From the NCBI GenBank assembly GCA_035495795.1, contig DATJFF010000009.1, positions 9,394-73,393 on the forward strand: a stretch of 64,000 bases of DNA, in the 5' to 3' direction. The translations under genes and the position numbers were made by a program. The DNA is from Vicinamibacterales bacterium. Lineage in GTDB: Bacteria; Acidobacteriota; Vicinamibacteria; Vicinamibacterales; UBA2999. The notes beneath the pieces were generated by a model that did not search any database, was not told the origin of the DNA, and worked only from the letters and a program-made list of their open reading frames with translations. Shown in pieces: positions 58,693 through 64,000 of this stretch (its first letter is position 1; the number at the start of each line of letters is the position of its first letter).

Positions 58693-59793
58693 TCAACGCG
58701 TGCTGTGATTCAGGAACGTGGCGACCTGGTCGTTGATGAACTGGTTGTCGACCGGATTGCCACCGCTCCCCGCCGAGTGACCCCACAGCGAAGGAACCGG
58801 CGTGAAAGTGACGCCCTTGATGAACTGAGCCTCGTAACGGAAGTCGCCGATCGGGAAGTACAGATCGGTTTCGCACGGCATCGACAGGACACGGGCCTTG
58901 ATCGACGCGAGTGCCTTTTCGTGATCGCCGGCAAAGCCGGGCGAGTCGCCGACGTTGTGGCGCTGCCAGGTCCTGGCCTGCGAGATCAGGTTGTTGGGAT
59001 CGCGCCCGGCGTCGCGCGCGGTGCGGTTCGCCAGGACCTCGTCCACCGTCTTGAACTGCGGCTTGAACAGCTCACGCCGCCACCACTCCTGCGACCAGAC
59101 CCACCCGGCCCAGTGCCGCGACCAGGCCGCGAGCCCTTTCAGCGGCGGCGACGTGTAATTCCCGTCGTTGAAGGCCGCGTCGGCGGTCAGCGCGCTGATC
59201 GCGCCTTCGAGGCGGACGATACCGTGCGGATATGTTTTCGCCGTGCCGCAGTAGCCGACGATGGCGTCCACGAAGGTGGGATGTGAGACGGCCCACTGGA
59301 ACGCCTGCTGTGCGCCCATCGAGAATCCGACGATGGCGCGAAGATGCGTGACCTTGAACTCGTCGGCGAGCAGCCGGCGCGCCGCCTCGACGTTGTCGCG
59401 GATGGCGATGGCCGGGAACCGGGGTCGGTCGAACGGCGGCGGAGTGTTGCTCGGCGACGACGAGAAGCCGTTGGCGAACATCTCGGTTGCGATGATGAAG
59501 TCGCGGGCCGGGTCGAGGGCCTTGCCCGGCCCGATCATGAAGTCGTAGCCGTGATGGTCCGAGCCGTACCAGGACGGGATCAGGACGGCGTTGTCGCGCC
59601 GCTCGTTGAGTGTGCCGAAGGTCGCGTAGGCGAGCTTCGCATTCGGCAGCGTGCCGCCGCTCTCGAGCCGGAAGTCGCCGAGAACGAAGAAGCGGCGATG
59701 TTCGTCGGGAGTCGCCTGTGCCGCGGCGAGGACGCCGGCCACGACCAGCAGGCCGGTGAGCGTGATCAGGCTGGAAGCGTTCGGCATCAGCAT
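58693..59793 (-). CDS. Alpha/beta hydrolase, homoserine O-acetyltransferase (MetX)-like, with signal peptide
   Basis: 366 aa. Signal LTGLLVVAGVLAAAQA. Nucleophile elbow GFSMGAQQA. MetX-like N-terminal LESGGTLPNAKLAYATFG. Confidence 0.8.
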   Translation of the reverse strand: MLMPNASSLITLTGLLVVAGVLAAAQATPDEHRRFFVLGDFRLESGGTLPNAKLAYATFGTLNERRDNAVLIPSWYGSDHHGYDFMIGPGKALDPARDFIIATEMFANGFSSSPSNTPPPFDRPRFPAIAIRDNVEAARRLLADEFKVTHLRAIVGFSMGAQQAFQWAVSHPTFVDAIVGYCGTAKTYPHGIVRLEGAISALTADAAFNDGNYTSPPLKGLAAWSRHWAGWVWSQEWWRRELFKPQFKTVDEVLANRTARDAGRDPNNLISQARTWQRHNVGDSPGFAGDHEKALASIKARVLSMPCETDLYFPIGDFRYEAQFIKGVTFTPVPSLWGHSAGSGGNPVDNQFINDQVATFLNHSTR

Positions 59794-59805
59794 CGGATCG
59801 CGGGC

Positions 59806-59811
59806 ATTATA
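59806..59811 (-). promoter_or_regulatory. Perfect -10 hexamer TATAAT, 12 nt upstream of the hydrolase ATG
   Basis: The minus strand reads ggtgcaTATAATgcccgcgatccgATG. A perfect TATAAT is conspicuous in this GC-rich DNA. No clear -35 box. Confidence 0.35.
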
Positions 59812-59847
59812 TGCACCAGCCGTCCGACGCGATCGGCCGAACGCGTC

Positions 59848-60966
59848 CTACCGTGAGGCGGTCCCCGCCTCGGCGGCCGAGACGATGACGAACGTGCCGT
59901 ACATCATGTCGGCGTCGAGCGCGAGGGTGCGGAGCTTCTTCGACGCGTCGGCGCTGTACATCTCGATCAGGCGCCCCGCTTCGTAGACGTAGAGCATCTG
60001 GCCGCTCGAGCTCGCCCGCACCTGCATGCGGGGCCGCGACGGTATCGGGACGCGGCTCACCACCCGGTGCGTGGCCATGTCGATGGTCCAGAGCTCGTGG
60101 CGGCCGATCTGCTCGTGCAGCACGTGCGCCAGCTTGCGGTCGGGTGAGATGGTGAAGCTCACGTCGCCGCCGACCGGTGCGGGCCCGAGCGGGAACGTCT
60201 CCACCGTCTTGGCCATCAGGTTGACCTGCCCGATGACCAGCAGGGCGCGATGCTGCACCGCGTCGTGCATGACGAACACGCCAGTCAGGAACCCAGGCTT
60301 GTCCGTCGATTCGTCGAGCGAGCTCGGATCGAGCCGCCCCATCCCCGATTCCACCGGCACCGACAAGTCCCAGCTGTCCACCTGCTGCATCGTCGCCGCG
60401 TCGAAGATCAGGATTTGATGGCCGAACACGTAGAGGAACTTGCCGTCCGGCGAGTAGCGCAGCGCCGTGCTGTAGTACGACGGCTCGAATTCGGCCGCCC
60501 ACGGGATCGTCCGGGTGACCTTGTGCTCGGCGAGATCGTACTGGATGAACTCCGGATTGCTGATCTCCCACCGATCGATCAGCCGGGTGGCCGTCCGGGC
60601 GACGAACATGATCGTCTTGTGCTGCGGATCGGCCTCGAACGCATACGGCCGGACGTGCTTGCGAGCGTCGCTCAGCGTGAAGCTGTCGAGGCTCTGGCGC
60701 TTCCGGAGGTCGACAATCTCGAAGTGCTCCTGGTTCGCGCTCTGGACGTAGAACCGCGAGCGATCCGGCGAGAGGCGGACGACGAACGGCGCGCCCGTCT
60801 TGAGCGGGATCTTCGAGACCTTCTCGGTGGCCTCTTCAACGGCGGTGATGTGCCCGCTGTAGGAGCCCATGAAGATCGTTCCGGTGCCGGCCGACGGCTG
60901 CTGGGCGATCAGCCGGGGCGCGGAGAGCGCGAGGACGACGAACAGCGGGGGCAGGATGCGGGGCAT
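59848..60966 (-). CDS. Exported beta-propeller protein (YVTN/YncE-like repeats)
   Basis: 372 aa. Signal PLFVVLALSAPRLIAQQ. Repeated ...SPDRSRFYV..., ...SPDGKFLYV..., ...SPDRKLAHV... and ...SSGQMLYV... blade motifs. Confidence 0.75.
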   Translation of the reverse strand: MPRILPPLFVVLALSAPRLIAQQPSAGTGTIFMGSYSGHITAVEEATEKVSKIPLKTGAPFVVRLSPDRSRFYVQSANQEHFEIVDLRKRQSLDSFTLSDARKHVRPYAFEADPQHKTIMFVARTATRLIDRWEISNPEFIQYDLAEHKVTRTIPWAAEFEPSYYSTALRYSPDGKFLYVFGHQILIFDAATMQQVDSWDLSVPVESGMGRLDPSSLDESTDKPGFLTGVFVMHDAVQHRALLVIGQVNLMAKTVETFPLGPAPVGGDVSFTISPDRKLAHVLHEQIGRHELWTIDMATHRVVSRVPIPSRPRMQVRASSSGQMLYVYEAGRLIEMYSADASKKLRTLALDADMMYGTFVIVSAAEAGTASR

Positions 60967-61051
60967 GGATGGACAACCTTTCCGCGAATTGTCCCATGGA
61001 TCGGCGATCGCGCGGCGCGATCGGCGATGATGACGAAGAAAGGGTATTTAC

Positions 61052-62020
61052 GTGAAGCAGATCCTCGTCGCAGAGCCCGGTGGTCCCGAACGGATGGCGG
61101 TATCGGAGGTCCCCACCCCCGCTCCCGGACCCGGACACGCGCTCGTTGCCATTCATGTCGCGGGCGTCAACTTCCTCGACGTCTACTTCCGGACCGGACT
61201 GTACAAGAGCGACCGGCCGATCGCGATTGGCAGTGAGGCCGCCGGCGTGGTCGAAGCGGTTGGCGACGGCGTCACCGATGTGGCGGCCGGAGATCGGGTT
61301 GCCTACGCGATGGTCCGCGGCACCTACGCCGAGTACGCGGTCGTGCCGGCCGTGAACCTCGTGAAGATCCCGGACGCGATCAGCTTCGAGATCGCGGCCG
61401 CGGTGTGCCTTCAGGGGGCGACCGCGCATTACCTGACGCGGACCACGTTTCCGCTGAACGCCACTCACACCTGTCTGGTTCACGCCGCCGCCGGCGGCGC
61501 CGGAGGCCTGGTGGTGCAGATGGCCAAGGCGGCCGGGGCAATCGTCATCGGGACCGCGGGGAGCGCCGAGAAAGCGCGAGAAGCGACGGCGCTCGGGGCC
61601 GATCACGCCATCGTCTATACGGAACAGGATTTCGAAGCCGAAGTGAAGCGGATCACGGACGGGCGCGGCGTACACGTCGTTTACGACTCGGTGGGGAAGA
61701 CGACATTCGACAAGGGGCTGCGGCTGCTGCGGCCCCGCGGGATGATGGCCCTGTTCGGCCAGGCGAGCGGCCCGGTGCCCCCGGTCGATCCCCTGACGCT
61801 GAATGCCGCGTCGTTGTTCCTGACGCGCCCCAGCCTGGGTCATTACCTCCAGCCGCCGGACGAGCTTCGCTGGCGTGTTGGAGAAGTCTTCGAGATGGTG
61901 ACGCGAGGCGCGCTGCGCGTGCGCATCTCGGGCAGCTACCCGCTGGCCGATGCGGCGCAAGCCCATCGCGATCTCGAGGGCCGCAAGACCCACGGAAAAC
62001 TGCTCCTCGCCGTCCGCTAA
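61052..62020 (+). CDS. qor: NADPH:quinone oxidoreductase (zeta-crystallin type MDR)
   Basis: 322 aa. GTG start with AAAGGG 7 nt upstream. GVNFLDVYFRTGLY, AAGGAGGLVVQMAK, and C-terminal ...AHRDLEGRKTHGKLLL. Confidence 0.88.
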   Translation: MKQILVAEPGGPERMAVSEVPTPAPGPGHALVAIHVAGVNFLDVYFRTGLYKSDRPIAIGSEAAGVVEAVGDGVTDVAAGDRVAYAMVRGTYAEYAVVPAVNLVKIPDAISFEIAAAVCLQGATAHYLTRTTFPLNATHTCLVHAAAGGAGGLVVQMAKAAGAIVIGTAGSAEKAREATALGADHAIVYTEQDFEAEVKRITDGRGVHVVYDSVGKTTFDKGLRLLRPRGMMALFGQASGPVPPVDPLTLNAASLFLTRPSLGHYLQPPDELRWRVGEVFEMVTRGALRVRISGSYPLADAAQAHRDLEGRKTHGKLLLAVR

Positions 62021-62030
62021 CCCGGCCCAG

Positions 62031-62078
62031 CTTCGAGAACCCCGAGAACCCCGAGAACTTCGAGAACCCCGAGAACCC
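62031..62078 (+). repeat. 9-bp tandem repeat C(T/C)(T/C)CGAGAA, 5 units
   Basis: CTTCGAGAA CCCCGAGAA CCCCGAGAA CTTCGAGAA CCCCGAGAA ccc, starting 10 nt after the qor stop. Confidence 0.92.
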
Positions 62079-62102
62079 GTATACTGGCCCCGGCTCACGC
62101 AG

Positions 62103-64000
62103 ATGGCCACCTGCTCGCGCCGCGCCCGCGCTGCCCTGTTCGCAGTCGGCGTGTGCGGATCGGTGGCGGTGGCGCTGACCGGCGCCCAGACCCCATCCCC
62201 GCCTCCGGCGCCTCAGGCGGCTGTCGCGGCTGTCACGCCGCGAGCGATGCTGGACACGTACTGCGTCGGCTGCCACAACCAGCGGTTGAAGACCGGCGGC
62301 CTCGCGCTCGACGCCATCGACGCCACGGCGCCTGAGGCGAATCCCGAGGTGTGGGAACGTGTCATCACCCGACTGCGTGCGGGATCGATGCCCCCAGCCG
62401 GAAGGTCTCGGCCGGAACCGGCGGTCTACGACGCCGTTGCCGGCACGCTCGAAGCGCGCCTCGATCGCGCCTGGAGCGCGAACCCGTCGCCAGGCCGCGT
62501 GAACGCGGTCCACCGTCTGAATCGCACGCAATACGCCAACGCGGTCCGAGATCTTTTCGCGCTCGACCCGCAGGCCTTCGACGTGATGTCGCTGCTGCCG
62601 GGCGACGAGACCGCCGACGGCAGCTTCGACAACTTTGCCGACGTGCTGACGATCTCGACCGCTCACCTCGAACGGTATCTGTCGGCGGCGCGGCAGGTGA
62701 CGCGGCTGGCGACTGGCCTGGCGCCGTCCCGCCCGTCGCTCGACACCTTCGAGATTCCACTCCATGTTGTCCAGGACGATCGCCAGAGCGACGATCTCCC
62801 GTTCGGCTCCCGCGGCGGCGTGGCGGTCCACCACGAGTTTCCAGTCGACGGCGAATACCTGATCAAGGTGCGGCTGCGGCGGCAGTATCAGGACTACCTG
62901 ATGGGCATGGGCTGGCCGCAGCAACTCGACGTGCGGCTCGATGGCAAGCTCCTGAAGCGGTTCAGCGTCGGCGGCCAGGCGCCAGGCACGCCCGCCGCGT
63001 CCAGTTACGCCGGCGACGGCGAGCCCGGCTTTGCCGGCGCTCCCGAGTGGGAAACCTACATGCAGTTGACGGGCGACGCCGGCCTCGAAGTGCGCGTGCC
63101 GGTGAAGGCAGGCCCTCGCGTCGTTGGCGTGTCGTTCGTGCGCGAGCTGTGGGAACCGGAAGGCCTGCCGCAGCCGCTGCAGCGCGGACGCGTGCTCACC
63201 GACGATCAGATCTACATGGGTAATGCGGCGGTCGGCGCGGTTCAGATCGGCGGGCCGTATCGAATCGAGAGTACGGCGGCGAACATGCCGAGTCGCCGCG
63301 CCATCTTTACCTGCCAGGCGTCCCCCGACTGCGCCTCGAAGATCCTGTCGAGGCTGGCGCGACGGGCCTACCGCCGGCCGATCACGAAGGCCGACGTCGA
63401 CACGCTGCTCGAGTTCTATGAGAAGGGCCGGGGTGACGGCGGCAGCTTCGAAGCCGGCATCCAGTTCGCGCTCGAGCGCATGCTCGTGGATCCGGATTTC
63501 CTGTTGCGCGTGCAACGCGATCCTCGAGAACCTCGAGAACCCCGAGAACCTCGAGCCCACCGCCTCACCGATGTCGAGCTCGCATCGCGGCTGTCGTTTT
63601 TCCTGTGGAGCAGCCTGCCAGACGAGGCGCTGCTGGACCTGGCCGAGCGTGGGGAGCTGTCGAAGCCGGCGGTGCTCGACCAGCAGGTGCGGCGCATGCT
63701 GGCGGATCCGCGCGCGACCGCGAACCTGGTGGACGATTTCGCGGCTCAGTGGCTCAACCTGCGCCGCGTCGGCGAAGTCACCGCGCATCCTGACGTCTAC
63801 CCGGACTTCGACGACAACCTGCTGGACGCGTTCAGGAAGGAGACCGCGCTGTTCATCGCCAGTACGCTCGACGAAGACCGCAGCGTCTCGGACCTGCTCC
63901 GCGCCGACTATACGTTCGTCAACGAGCGGCTGGCGCGCCACTACGGTATTCAAGGCATCTACGGGCCCCGCTTCCGCCGCGTCACGCTCCCGAACCCGGA
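62103..64000 (+). CDS. DUF1592/DUF1595/DUF1587-type protein with an N-terminal cytochrome c motif (partial, runs off the right edge)
   Basis: Absent from the ORF track because no stop is reached. ATG 62103 (MATCSRRARAALFAVGV...). Heme motif CVGCH. Family blocks LRAGSMPP, HRLNRTQYANAVRDLF, LASRLSFFLWSSLPDE, FAAQWLNLR. The large minus-strand ORF 61653-63953 is its antisense shadow. Confidence 0.85.
   Translation, partial: MATCSRRARAALFAVGVCGSVAVALTGAQTPSPPPAPQAAVAAVTPRAMLDTYCVGCHNQRLKTGGLALDAIDATAPEANPEVWERVITRLRAGSMPPAGRSRPEPAVYDAVAGTLEARLDRAWSANPSPGRVNAVHRLNRTQYANAVRDLFALDPQAFDVMSLLPGDETADGSFDNFADVLTISTAHLERYLSAARQVTRLATGLAPSRPSLDTFEIPLHVVQDDRQSDDLPFGSRGGVAVHHEFPVDGEYLIKVRLRRQYQDYLMGMGWPQQLDVRLDGKLLKRFSVGGQAPGTPAASSYAGDGEPGFAGAPEWETYMQLTGDAGLEVRVPVKAGPRVVGVSFVRELWEPEGLPQPLQRGRVLTDDQIYMGNAAVGAVQIGGPYRIESTAANMPSRRAIFTCQASPDCASKILSRLARRAYRRPITKADVDTLLEFYEKGRGDGGSFEAGIQFALERMLVDPDFLLRVQRDPREPREPREPRAHRLTDVELASRLSFFLWSSLPDEALLDLAERGELSKPAVLDQQVRRMLADPRATANLVDDFAAQWLNLRRVGEVTAHPDVYPDFDDNLLDAFRKETALFIASTLDEDRSVSDLLRADYTFVNERLARHYGIQGIYGPRFRRVTLPNP

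Noticed and set aside
61653-63953. 766-aa minus-strand ORF at the right end of the window.
   Set aside because: It is a shadow of the plus-strand DUF1592-type gene, which the ORF track misses because it has no stop inside the window. The plus frame carries CVGCH and several family blocks, and the minus translation is low-complexity.

Overview
This is a dense, GC-rich chromosomal window. Third codon positions are about 80% G/C in the stretches I counted by hand. I call 43 protein-coding genes (two of them cut by the window edges) and one clear gene remnant. I recognised no rRNA, tRNA, CRISPR array, transposase or integrase.

An ADOP-type duplicated orphan FtsX permease, a PD40-propeller/amidohydrolase fusion and many exported enzymes suggest an Acidobacteriota-like soil genome. 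That assignment is inference.

Main blocks, left to right:
- An IorAB-like molybdoenzyme followed by a Ser/Thr kinase.
- An ion-homeostasis trio: YeaQ-like protein, VIT protein and Ca2+/H+ exchanger.
- An outer-membrane channel with a Zn-dehydrogenase.
- The ADOP permease, then a POTRA-less Omp85-like barrel with an exported kinase-like protein.
- A GH63-like hydrolase and a GlcD-like oxidase.
- A CheB-CheR-PAS protein with a hybrid histidine kinase.
- A five-gene translationally coupled operon: two exported paralogues, then cysQ, cysD and cysNC.
- A BBE-like oxidase with the PD40-amidohydrolase.
- An FN3 protein, a phosphodiester glycosidase, an amidohydrolase-2 and a MATE pump.
- An HcrCAB-like three-subunit molybdoenzyme and a PQQ dehydrogenase.
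- An EF-hand/lectin protein and PepF followed by a Baeyer-Villiger monooxygenase-esterase fusion.
- Three exported enzymes, Qor, and a DUF1592-type cytochrome c protein.

The most unusual signal is non-coding. Nearly every longer intergenic spacer carries its own short tandem-repeat array, with units of 7, 9, 10, 15-16, about 21, 37 and 88 bp. Each array usually starts right at a stop codon and lies in the sense orientation of the gene it follows. Convergent genes are therefore separated by long hairpins built from tandem repeats. A modular composite element occurs three times and brackets the MATE gene as an inverted repeat.

The other leads are:
- A C11/G11 homopolymer tract that separates a Shine-Dalgarno-preceded ATG from the CheB-CheR reading frame.
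- The Omp85-like barrel paired with the kinase-like protein.
- The operon that joins PAPS synthesis to two exported paralogues.
- The BVMO-esterase fusion.

All functional names come from motifs I read in the translations. No database search was possible.
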